This document shows, in pieces, positions 38,258-46,339 of a DNA stretch of 64,000 nt. The notes beneath the pieces are model-generated. The model saw only the letters and a list, made by a program, of their open reading frames with translations. It did not search any database and was not told the DNA's origin. The DNA comes from Candidatus Latescibacterota bacterium (GTDB lineage: Bacteria; Latescibacterota; UBA2968; UBA8231): the NCBI GenBank assembly GCA_965221775.1, contig CBDCSU010000006.1, positions 416,001 to 480,000 of the forward strand, given 5' to 3'. Numbering within the stretch: the stretch's first letter is position 1; every line of letters starts with the position of its first letter. The position numbers and the translations under genes were made by a program.

Positions 38258-38554
38258 ATGCCGGAACGAACCGTCTCCGACGACGTCGGGTCGAAGCTGC
38301 TCTTCGAGAACGATCGCGTGCGCGTATGGGACCTGCGACTCGAGCCGGGGCAGAGCACCGGCCTTCACCGCCACACCGAGGACTACCTCTACGTCGTGAT
38401 CGGCGGCGGCGCCCTCAAGGGCTCCGGCGGCGAGCCGAGGCAGATGGCCGACGGCCACGTGGTCTTCCGGGAGATCCCCGGCGAGGATGTCCACGAGGCC
38501 GTCAACGCCGGGGACCAGCCCTGGCGCAACATCATCGTCGAGCTGAAGGACTGA
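38258..38554 (+). CDS. Small cupin-domain protein
   Basis: LLFENDRVRVWDLRLEPG, HRH, VHEAVN, VELK; GGAGG RBS. Confidence 0.85.
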   Translation: MPERTVSDDVGSKLLFENDRVRVWDLRLEPGQSTGLHRHTEDYLYVVIGGGALKGSGGEPRQMADGHVVFREIPGEDVHEAVNAGDQPWRNIIVELKD

Positions 38555-38573
38555 CCGGCGCCCGGGGCGCACC

Positions 38574-38604
38574 CTCCGGCGGGGAAGATAGGTCCCCGCC
38601 GGAG
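38574..38604. terminator. Bidirectional hairpin between convergent genes
   Basis: CTCCGGCGGGGA-AGATAGG-TCCCCGCCGGAG, 12-bp perfect stem. Confidence 0.7.
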
Positions 38605-38620
38605 CCCTGTCCCTGACTGT

Positions 38621-40654
38621 TCACTCCCGGGCCAGGTACCCGTTGACCTTGTGGTCCGGGTCGCTGGCCAGACCTCCGTGGTCGAGCCGGGCCGCGGCGC
38701 CTCCCGAGACGGCGTTGATGGCTCCCCCGTTCAGGCTCACCGGGCCCGACCGAACCGAGAGGCCGTTGGTGTCCCAGTCGCTGCGGCGCACCCGGTACTC
38801 GAAGATCAGGCTTTCCGTGCCGGACCCGCTCCGGTAGTACGTCCTCCTCGTGGAGCGGCAGTTGAACTCGAGCCGCAGATAGGGAGTGCCGGTGACCGTC
38901 ACCGGCCCATCGAAGGCCACCTCCACCTGGATGACCTCGTCACGGCCGTAGGTCGTCCCCGTCTCGGGGGAGGAGATGATCCGAAGTCCCTGGATCACCG
39001 GGGCCGCTGCCTGCTGTTCCAGGACCACCTGCGCCATGGCCGGCGCCCCGGACCTCACATTCCGCGGGAGGTCGCCGAAGTTCAGCCGGATCATCTCCTC
39101 CTCGGTCTCATCCTGATCCGTGTCTTCCATGGCCACGAGGGTGAAGGTCTGCATGCTCTCCTCGGGTTCGAAGGTGAGGCTCGACGGCACCCCCGAGTAG
39201 TCCTCGGGACCGGTCCCCTCTCCCTCCTCCACCATGATCGGCACCGAGACGGGGAACACCCCTGCCGCCGGGTCCAGGTAGACGGCGATCTCGACGCCGG
39301 AGGGGTCCCCCTCCATCGTGGTGTAACGCGATTCCCCGAAGGAGACGGTGCGCTCGATCTTCTCTGCACGCATCGTCGAGGACCAGTCTCCCGTGCCTTC
39401 GCCGTTCGTGGCCCGGACCTGGATCTCGTAGGCGTCCTCCGCCGCATCCGCTATCGTCACCTCGGTCTCCGTGAAGTCCGTGTCCGTCACCTCGGTCCAG
39501 TCCCCGGTGCCCGCCGGCCGGTAACGGTAGTCGTAGTCCGTGACCTCGAAGCCGGGCGGAAACGGCACCACCCTTCCGTCCTCGCTGAAGCCGCCGGGCG
39601 CGGTCCAGCTCACGTCGATCTTCGTGTCGTCCTCCTCCCGGTACTCACCTTGTCCGCCTCCCGGCGGCACCGGGACCCCCACGTCCTTGACCCGGATGGC
39701 CAGGTCGAGCACCGAACCGCTGCACCCCGTCGGACTTCCTTCGTTATTGAGGTAATGGATGTCGTGCGTGTTCACGACGCGCACCTGGTACTCGTTGTCA
39801 CCGTCGCCGTCGCCCGGAGCTTCATAGTCGGGAACGCTCTTCAGCGCCAGCGACACCGTCCCCGAGGTCGCCCTCTCTTCGGAAGCGAGGTTGAACAGAG
39901 AGTTGTCACCGCCGCCGTCGGGGAACGTGTATGGATGGTAGGCCGTGACGATCTCGCAGCGGATGGAGGGCGGCGTCCAGTCGAAGCCCCATTCGCGGAA
40001 GTCGGCCGTAACCGCCGTCCAGGTGGGCGGTTCCTCGGGTGTCGTCGCCCCTTCGTACATCTCCAGGGGAGTGGAGATCTCCCAGCGCTGGTCCCCCGCG
40101 TATTGGGCCGGATCCGAAAACTGGGCCGATCCGTCGTAGACCAGTTGGAGGCTGAAGACTTGGGGACCGGTCTCGTCGGTTCCGTCGCTCGCGTAGATGG
40201 CGGCCGCAAAGCTGGGAAGGTTGGCGAACTCGCCGTAGACAGAGGTGAACCGCCCGGGGCTGATGTCGCCATCGGGGCCCAGGTTGAAGGTGTTCCCCTC
40301 TCGCGTGATCCGCAGCAAGGCTTCCTCGGGGGTCTGGATGCCCGTCATGCCGGGCACGGCGAAGGCGAATCGGTAGGAGACGTCCTCTCCCTCCGGGTCC
40401 GTCGCCGGCTCGCCAGGAAACGTCAGCGGGGCAGCCGTACCCCTCGGCATCAGAAGGGTCAGCCCGCGGTTCTGTATGGAGATCGAGAAGGCCGGGGGAT
40501 GGTTGCTCCCGTGGCTCCTGACCGCCACCGCTTTCCCCGCCGGCGACGGTCGCAGGTCGTCGGTCGGCTCGGTCGACCGCGTCGGCCTGGAGTCGTTTCC
40601 ACAGGCGACGAGGATGGCCAGCGTGAGGCCAAGGAGAGTGGATGACCATTTCAT
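38621..40654 (-). CDS. Surface lipoprotein with cadherin-like, FN3, Calx-beta-like and Ig-like domains
   Basis: Lipobox ILVAC; PDYEAPGDGDGDNEYQV cadherin-like motif; WTAP..DYDYRYR..YEIQVRATN FN3; VSFG..Y...EG..DY Calx-beta; Y.SGSGT..L.F.Y.V. Confidence 0.82.
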   Translation of the reverse strand: MKWSSTLLGLTLAILVACGNDSRPTRSTEPTDDLRPSPAGKAVAVRSHGSNHPPAFSISIQNRGLTLLMPRGTAAPLTFPGEPATDPEGEDVSYRFAFAVPGMTGIQTPEEALLRITREGNTFNLGPDGDISPGRFTSVYGEFANLPSFAAAIYASDGTDETGPQVFSLQLVYDGSAQFSDPAQYAGDQRWEISTPLEMYEGATTPEEPPTWTAVTADFREWGFDWTPPSIRCEIVTAYHPYTFPDGGGDNSLFNLASEERATSGTVSLALKSVPDYEAPGDGDGDNEYQVRVVNTHDIHYLNNEGSPTGCSGSVLDLAIRVKDVGVPVPPGGGQGEYREEDDTKIDVSWTAPGGFSEDGRVVPFPPGFEVTDYDYRYRPAGTGDWTEVTDTDFTETEVTIADAAEDAYEIQVRATNGEGTGDWSSTMRAEKIERTVSFGESRYTTMEGDPSGVEIAVYLDPAAGVFPVSVPIMVEEGEGTGPEDYSGVPSSLTFEPEESMQTFTLVAMEDTDQDETEEEMIRLNFGDLPRNVRSGAPAMAQVVLEQQAAAPVIQGLRIISSPETGTTYGRDEVIQVEVAFDGPVTVTGTPYLRLEFNCRSTRRTYYRSGSGTESLIFEYRVRRSDWDTNGLSVRSGPVSLNGGAINAVSGGAAARLDHGGLASDPDHKVNGYLARE

Positions 40655-40840
40655 GTCGCGGCTCCGTGGTTGCGAGGTGGGCGGGAGGAACCACCCATCC
40701 TCGGAGGAGCCCGCGACCAGGTCCTGGCCCGATCAACAGCCATGAGACCATCTCCCTTCACACCCCCACTTGCATCACACGAGGTCTCATCGCTTCAAAC
40801 CACTGAACCGCTACATCGGTTCCTCCCTTCTGATCGGGCG
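40655..40840 (-). ncRNA. Candidate structured 5' leader / cis-regulatory RNA (unassigned)
   Basis: Nested stems 40727-35/40831-39, 40742-49/40783-90, 40805-10/40817-22; SD-sequestering hairpin 40655-40717 whose loop is complementary to 40818-40827. Confidence 0.45.
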
Positions 40841-40849
40841 GGCGTGGTG

Positions 40850-41713
40850 CTACAGGGCGGTGCGCTCCCGCGACCGCGCGTCCCTAACCAGCCGGCCGCT
40901 GTGCAGCACTCCCTGCATGCAGCGGTCGCGCCAGTCAGCGGAGGCGTCGTAGAGCTTCTCCGCCGTGTCGATCGCGGTGATCAGCACGGTGGGCCGGTGC
41001 TGCGGCGCCTTGTTGACGATCACCCCTTCGGCGTTGACGACGAAGCTCGGCCAGGCGTAGCGCCGGGTGCCGTTGTTGGCGCTCACGGCGTAGTAGTTGC
41101 TGGCCGCCGCGGCCTGGAGGGTGGCCGGCACGGTGATCTTGTACTTGTCGCAGGTCTCCTTCCGGCCGCCGGCGTTGTGGAAGGAGACCAGCATCAGGTC
41201 GACGCCCTTGCGCTTGTACTCGCGGAACAGCTCGGGATAGCGGAAGTCGTGGCAGATCAGCAGGCCGCAGGTGAGGCCGCGCACCCGGAAGGTGATCAGC
41301 GCCTCGCCGGGGCTGTAGTTGGCGAGGTCCCCGTCCTTCCCGCTGGCGCTGCCGGTGCAGAACACCTTGTCGTAGCGGCTGACGATGCGGCCCCGGGCGT
41401 CGATGACGTAGAGGGAGTTGTGGGGCTTGTGCTTTCCCGAGAGGCGGTGGTTGCAGCCGACGACGACCCAGACCCGGTGGCGCCGGGCCGCGGCCATCAC
41501 CTCCTCCATGGCCGCCGTGATCCGCTCCCAGCCGGCGGCGCCGTGGGAGGAGACCTCGACGCCGAGATAGCCGGAGATGCAGGCCTCGGAGAAGTGCACG
41601 AGGTCGGCGCCCCGGGCCCTGGCGGCGGCGATCTGACGGGTGGCGAAGCCCAGGTTGCGCCGGGGATCCTCGTCAACGGGGAACTGGCAGGTCGCCAGGA
41701 CGAGCTTGGGCAA
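40850..41713 (-). CDS. Carbon-nitrogen hydrolase (nitrilase superfamily)
   Basis: E-K-C triad: FSEAC, YDK, ICHDFRYPE; TTG start with GAGGAG RBS. Confidence 0.9.
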   Translation of the reverse strand: MPKLVLATCQFPVDEDPRRNLGFATRQIAAARARGADLVHFSEACISGYLGVEVSSHGAAGWERITAAMEEVMAAARRHRVWVVVGCNHRLSGKHKPHNSLYVIDARGRIVSRYDKVFCTGSASGKDGDLANYSPGEALITFRVRGLTCGLLICHDFRYPELFREYKRKGVDLMLVSFHNAGGRKETCDKYKITVPATLQAAAASNYYAVSANNGTRRYAWPSFVVNAEGVIVNKAPQHRPTVLITAIDTAEKLYDASADWRDRCMQGVLHSGRLVRDARSRERTAL

Positions 41714-41767
41714 GAGGGCCTCCTCGGGTCGCGGGATTTCGGAAGTACCGTATTTTAGCCCCTGGTC

Positions 41768-42052
41768 ATGGACGAGCCGAGAGTCGAGATCTACCTGAGC
41801 CCGTTCTGCGCCTTCTGCTGGAAGGCGCGGCTCCTGCTGCGGCGCGAGGGCATCCGCTACCGGAAGATCCCCATCCGCTTCTGGTTCGGGATCAAGCTGC
41901 CCACGGCCGCCTTCAAGGAGATGGTGCGGCGCACGGGCGGAGACTCCACCATCCCCCAGGTCTTCGTCGACGGCGAGTACCTGGGCACCGAGGAAACCCT
42001 CGAGGAGCTGCAGCGGCGCGGCGAGTTGCAGAGACGCCTCGGAGACGGCTGA
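41768..42052 (+). CDS. grxC: Glutaredoxin (GrxC-like)
   Basis: CAFC active site, TIPQVFVDG. Confidence 0.82.
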   Translation: MDEPRVEIYLSPFCAFCWKARLLLRREGIRYRKIPIRFWFGIKLPTAAFKEMVRRTGGDSTIPQVFVDGEYLGTEETLEELQRRGELQRRLGDG

Positions 42053-42070
42053 AGCAGGGACGAACTGACG

Positions 42071-43450
42071 ATGTCGATATCAAGACGGCTGGAATCCTGC
42101 TCCCTCGAACGCATCACCCGCATGAAGGACGTGGTGGAGCAGGAGATCGGCCGCATCGACGGCCAGGTGGCCGAAGTGGAGGCCGAGCTCGACGAGATGA
42201 CGGCCAAGGCGGAGACGGTCACCTTGAGCATGAGGCACGGCCAGTACGAGCTGGGCCTCGACAAGGCCGAGTCCCAGGTCACCAAGCTGAACGCCGCCCG
42301 GGAGAAGCTGGCGGACAAGCTCCGGCTCATCGAGCAGGCGAGGCAGAAGCGGCACCTCTTCGACGAGCAGGCCCGGGTCCTGGGCAGCGCCGCCAGAGTG
42401 AGGATCAAGGACCTCGTGATCTTCGTCCTCATCCTCGGCCTGGTGACCATCCTCGTCGTCGACCTGATGGGCATCGGGGCCGCGGGGGGCGGCGCAGCGG
42501 CCAGGGCCGAAGTGGTGGAGGGGAGCATAGGTGAGATAGGAATTCTCGAAGGCGGCGAAGGGTACGAGCGGGTGATCATCCAGATTTCCGACCCCCACGG
42601 TTCGGGCGGTCTCGCCACCGGACACGTCACGGGAGGCCAGCTGACGCAGGTGGAGATCATCCACCGCGGCGAGGGCTACGTCGATCCCGTGGTGGATATC
42701 CTCCCCCACTTCTCCGTGGCCAAGCTGTGGATCTTCTGGATCATCGACGTCATCTGCTGCGCCCTGTTCATGGCCAACTTCATCTTCGAGCACAAGCTGG
42801 CCGCCTCGAAGAAGTGGTACTGGATGAACAACTGGATCGACTTCATCACCTCCATCCCCCTGCCCCCCTTCCAGATCATCGCAGCCGCCGGCGGCGACCT
42901 CGGCGTCATCCGCCTCGGGCGCCTGCTCCGGGCGGTGCGCATCCTGCGGGCCCTGAGACTGTTCCGCATCGCCCTGTTCTTCTGGCGGGGCATGGACCAC
43001 CTGAGCACAACCCTCGACGTGAGGCTCCTCAAGCGGTCGCTGCTCTACGGCCTGCTCTCCCTCGTCTTCGGCGCCATCATCTTCATGGGCGTGGAGCGCA
43101 TGGACTCCGGCTCGGGCTTCGGGCCGAGTCTCTGGTGGAGCTTCACGACCCTGGTCACCGGCGGCTACCCCGACATCCACAACCCCGAGACCGCCCCCGG
43201 CAAGATCCTCACCGTCTTCCTGGTGATCACCGGCATGGTCCTGGTCGGTGTCTTCACCGCCACCCTGACGAGCATCCTCGTGAGCGACGAGGACTCGCTC
43301 AAGGCCGAGGAGCTGGAAGAGCAGGTGGGGATCGTCACCAAGATCCAGCAGGAGATCAGCGACACCAACGAGCGTCTCTCCAGGCTGGAGAGCGCCGTTC
43401 AGGAGATCGGCGACGCGGTCAGGGAGCGGGGGGGCGACTCCGGCACGTAG
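42071..43450 (+). CDS. Voltage-gated-type (6TM) ion channel / ion transporter
   Basis: WIDFITSIP S3, Arg-rich S4 (RLGRLLRAVRILRALRLFR), pore WWSFTTLVTGGYPD, coiled coils at both ends. Confidence 0.85.
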   Translation: MSISRRLESCSLERITRMKDVVEQEIGRIDGQVAEVEAELDEMTAKAETVTLSMRHGQYELGLDKAESQVTKLNAAREKLADKLRLIEQARQKRHLFDEQARVLGSAARVRIKDLVIFVLILGLVTILVVDLMGIGAAGGGAAARAEVVEGSIGEIGILEGGEGYERVIIQISDPHGSGGLATGHVTGGQLTQVEIIHRGEGYVDPVVDILPHFSVAKLWIFWIIDVICCALFMANFIFEHKLAASKKWYWMNNWIDFITSIPLPPFQIIAAAGGDLGVIRLGRLLRAVRILRALRLFRIALFFWRGMDHLSTTLDVRLLKRSLLYGLLSLVFGAIIFMGVERMDSGSGFGPSLWWSFTTLVTGGYPDIHNPETAPGKILTVFLVITGMVLVGVFTATLTSILVSDEDSLKAEELEEQVGIVTKIQQEISDTNERLSRLESAVQEIGDAVRERGGDSGT

Positions 43451-43480
43451 GGCCGGCGCCCTGCCGGCCGCGCGGCCGGT

Positions 43481-44266
43481 TCACCCCCAGCGGTACTCCG
43501 GCGGGGCGAAGACGAATCCGTGGAAGAACCGCCGCTGCGCCGGCGACAGCCCCCGCAGGAACCCGCGGCCGTAGCGCCACTGCTCGGCGCAGGCCAGCAT
43601 CCACGGATGCTCGTAACCGTAGTAGAGCATCACCCGCTTGCCTCCGGGGCGGGTGAAGGGGCCGGCCGAATGCCACATCGCATTGTGGAAGAGGACGGCC
43701 GTCCCCGGTCCGCCGCAGATCTGCACCGCCCCCGGCAGCAGGCCCTCCCCGTCCGGCTCCAGCAGCGCCTTGTGGCTTCCGGGGACGAGGGTGAGGTTGC
43801 CCTGGTCCGGGGCGCTCATGTCGCTCAGGTAGTAGCCGACTTTCAGCTGCAGCAGCGGGATGTGCGGCTTGAGGTTGCGGAAGCCGTCCTGGATCCCGTC
43901 GATGTGCCAGCCCCGGCCGTGGTGATCGGCGGGCTCGACCTCGTGGAAGGCGTCCGTCGAGTGCAGGTGCGGCCTCTCGTTGAGGAGTCCGTGGACATAG
44001 GGCATGACCGGCCCGTAGTCGAGCATCTCCAGGAAGAGGGGGTCCTCGTCGAGCAGGTGCATGACCCGCGCGTTGGGCCCGTCGAGGCGGTCGGGGAAGG
44101 CGGGTTCGTGCTCCCGCCGGAACCCGGGCGAGCGGCGGCGCTCGATGGTCCGCTCCAGGGCCGCGGCGAGCGCCTCGACCCGCTCCGGGGCGAGGAACTC
44201 CTCCAGCACGAGGTAGCCGTTGTTGTCGAAGAAGAAGCGCTCGGCGCCGGTGGGATGATCTGACAT
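43481..44266 (-). CDS. PhyH family dioxygenase
   Basis: FFDNNGYLVL, WHID, GNLTLVPGSH, LFHNAMWHSA. Confidence 0.88.
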   Translation of the reverse strand: MSDHPTGAERFFFDNNGYLVLEEFLAPERVEALAAALERTIERRRSPGFRREHEPAFPDRLDGPNARVMHLLDEDPLFLEMLDYGPVMPYVHGLLNERPHLHSTDAFHEVEPADHHGRGWHIDGIQDGFRNLKPHIPLLQLKVGYYLSDMSAPDQGNLTLVPGSHKALLEPDGEGLLPGAVQICGGPGTAVLFHNAMWHSAGPFTRPGGKRVMLYYGYEHPWMLACAEQWRYGRGFLRGLSPAQRRFFHGFVFAPPEYRWG

Positions 44267-44352
44267 GGGGGCAGCGGTTCCTTGCGTTGGACGCCCGCGG
44301 AACGGGAGCGCCGTACATGGTGCCGTTCGACCCCGCTTGAAGCGCCTGGCAA

Positions 44353-44763
44353 CTATTCCGGCGAGGTGCGGCCCCGGACTTCCCGCAGGAACGCATCGAA
44401 GGCCCCGAGATCGTTCAGCACCGCCGGATGGGCACCGTCCAGGGTCGCCAGCAGGAAGTCGATGCGCGCCCAGTCGTATTCCATCTCGACGTTCATCTTT
44501 TCCAGCAGGGACGCATGCCACCGGCCCGGCGGCAGGTCGTTCTCGAAGTACCCCGATACCCGGACGAAGAAGGTCTCCAGGGCGGTGTAGTAGGTTTCGA
44601 GGTAGCCGGCAACGACCAAGGCGCTGTCATCGGTGCGGCCGATGCGCGGCAGCGTCGTGTCCCGGGCATGGCGGAGCTTCGAGTAGATGGCCTCCACTCG
44701 TTCCCGTGCCTGTGCGAGCTCGGCGATCAGCTCGTCGATGCCGTGTTCAGGCCGGGTCTCCAT
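44353..44763 (-). CDS. HEPN/HepT-like toxin, apparently with internal in-frame deletion of the catalytic motif
   Basis: L..YYTALE..F.R....FEN.....WH..LL..M family pattern, directly downstream of an MNT gene; no R-X4-H motif. Confidence 0.65.
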   Translation of the reverse strand: METRPEHGIDELIAELAQARERVEAIYSKLRHARDTTLPRIGRTDDSALVVAGYLETYYTALETFFVRVSGYFENDLPPGRWHASLLEKMNVEMEYDWARIDFLLATLDGAHPAVLNDLGAFDAFLREVRGRTSPE

Positions 44764-45130
44764 CTTCCCATGCCACTGCGCCGAACCGCCGGATGAGGTC
44801 GGCCCTTCCCGGATCGAGGCGCTCCATGACGACCAGGTCGACGTGAAAGTCGGTCATCGAATCCGCCTGCGAGCGAATGGCGGCGAGGGTCTCTTCGTCG
44901 CAGCTCATCCCCTCGAGGGCGATGTCGATGTCCGAGATCTCGGAGAAGCGTTCGGTATGGACGAGGGATCCCCACTGGTAAATTCGCAGGGGCCGGTACT
45001 CCGCGGCAATCGCGGAGATGATCCGGGCGGCATCTCGCTGCGCCGACTGCAACCGCCGGTGAAGAGCCTCACGCCGCCGCTCGTGCCGGCTGACAACCCA
45101 GCGGGCGGCGGCGGCCGTATCGACAGCCAT
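44747..45130 (-). CDS. Minimal nucleotidyltransferase (MNT) antitoxin
   Basis: WGSL....F...SDIDIALEG, VDLV. Confidence 0.88.
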   Translation of the reverse strand: MAVDTAAAARWVVSRHERRREALHRRLQSAQRDAARIISAIAAEYRPLRIYQWGSLVHTERFSEISDIDIALEGMSCDEETLAAIRSQADSMTDFHVDLVVMERLDPGRADLIRRFGAVAWEDGDPA

Positions 45131-45154
45131 ACTCCCTCTCCGGTGAACGCGATT

Positions 45155-45182
45155 AGCATACCTTCTGCGAATCCCCTGTCAA
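45155..45182 (-). promoter_or_regulatory. Sigma70-type promoter of MNT-HEPN operon
   Basis: TTGACA-N16-TATGCT on minus strand, then GGAG RBS before ATG at 45130. Confidence 0.65.
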
Positions 45183-45300
45183 TCCTGACCCTCCACCCGC
45201 GACTCGGACAGACGGCCGCGGGCCCTCAAGATGCCGGTTGGCCCTGGCGGACCCCTCCTCTATTTTGCCGATCCTCGCACACACCCCGGAGAGACCTCCC

Positions 45301-46113
45301 ATGCTGACGCCAAAACAACTGCAGCACTTCGACGTCTTCGGCTTCCTCTGCCTGCGGCAGGTCTTCTCCGCGCAGGAGATGGCCGAGATCACCGAAGCCG
45401 CCGACGAGTTGTGGCGCGAGGACCGGGGCGGGGAGCCCGACGACGGCCGGCCCCAGAGCATGGGGAAGTTCGTCGAGCGCAGCCCCCGGCTGCTGGACCT
45501 GGCGGAGGACGACCGCATCTTCGGCGTCGCCTCCGACCTCCTGGGCCCCGGTTTCCTGTGGTCGGGATCGGAGGGCAACAAGGACGGAGCCAACGACGGG
45601 GAGCACAACTGGCACGCCGACAGGCCGGGGGCCGCCGAGACCGAGTACCGGCGCCTCAAGATGATGGTCTACCTGGCGCCCACCACCCGCGACCAGGGCG
45701 CGCTGCGGGTGATCCCCGGCTCCCACCGCATGCCCTTCCACGAGTGGCTCTGGCCCCTGCAGGCCCACCACTTCAAGGACGGCACCGTCGGCGACAGCTT
45801 CGGGCTGGACGGGGGCGAGGAGGTCCCCTGCTGCCCCCTGGAGACGATGCCCGGCGACGTGGTCTACTTCCACCACAGCCTCTTCCACTCCGCCTACGGC
45901 AAGTTCCCCGAGCGCCGCTACGTCGCCTTCAAGTTCGTCACCCCGCCCGACACCGAGGCCAAGCTGCGCTCGATGAAGCACTACGCGGGCCACGCCTTCG
46001 ACGTCGATCCCGCCCTCCTGGCCCGGCCCCGCCTGCGGACGATCACGGAGGCGCTTCCCGAGCTGGGGAAGAAGGCGGCGGCCCTGGCGGACGGAGACGG
46101 CTCCCAAGGTTGA
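45301..46113 (+). CDS. PhyH family dioxygenase
   Basis: MLT..Q..HFDVFGFL, WHAD, GALRVIPGSH, PGDVVYFHH.LFHSA. Confidence 0.88.
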   Translation: MLTPKQLQHFDVFGFLCLRQVFSAQEMAEITEAADELWREDRGGEPDDGRPQSMGKFVERSPRLLDLAEDDRIFGVASDLLGPGFLWSGSEGNKDGANDGEHNWHADRPGAAETEYRRLKMMVYLAPTTRDQGALRVIPGSHRMPFHEWLWPLQAHHFKDGTVGDSFGLDGGEEVPCCPLETMPGDVVYFHHSLFHSAYGKFPERRYVAFKFVTPPDTEAKLRSMKHYAGHAFDVDPALLARPRLRTITEALPELGKKAAALADGDGSQG

Positions 46114-46339
46114 TGGTGGGCCGCGAGCCCCGCGGATCGTAGCGCTTCACCGTGACGGCGGGCCTGGCATGCGAGGTTGGCGACGGGGCCGCTCGCCCTG
46201 ACGGATCGATGGCGCTTCACGGACGGGCCGGCTTCCGGCGGGGCATCCGAGGTGAGCCAGGGCCTCGACACTCGGGCGGTGGGCGCCGTGGTAGCGCAGC
46301 TCTCCGGCGCGCCAGTGGACTGGCGTAGGACCGCGCGCC

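Noticed and set aside
9904-40654. Integron-cassette explanation for the inserted surface genes
   Set aside because: No intI and no shared attC-like RYYYAAC...GTTRRRY ends; the genes lie in both orientations.
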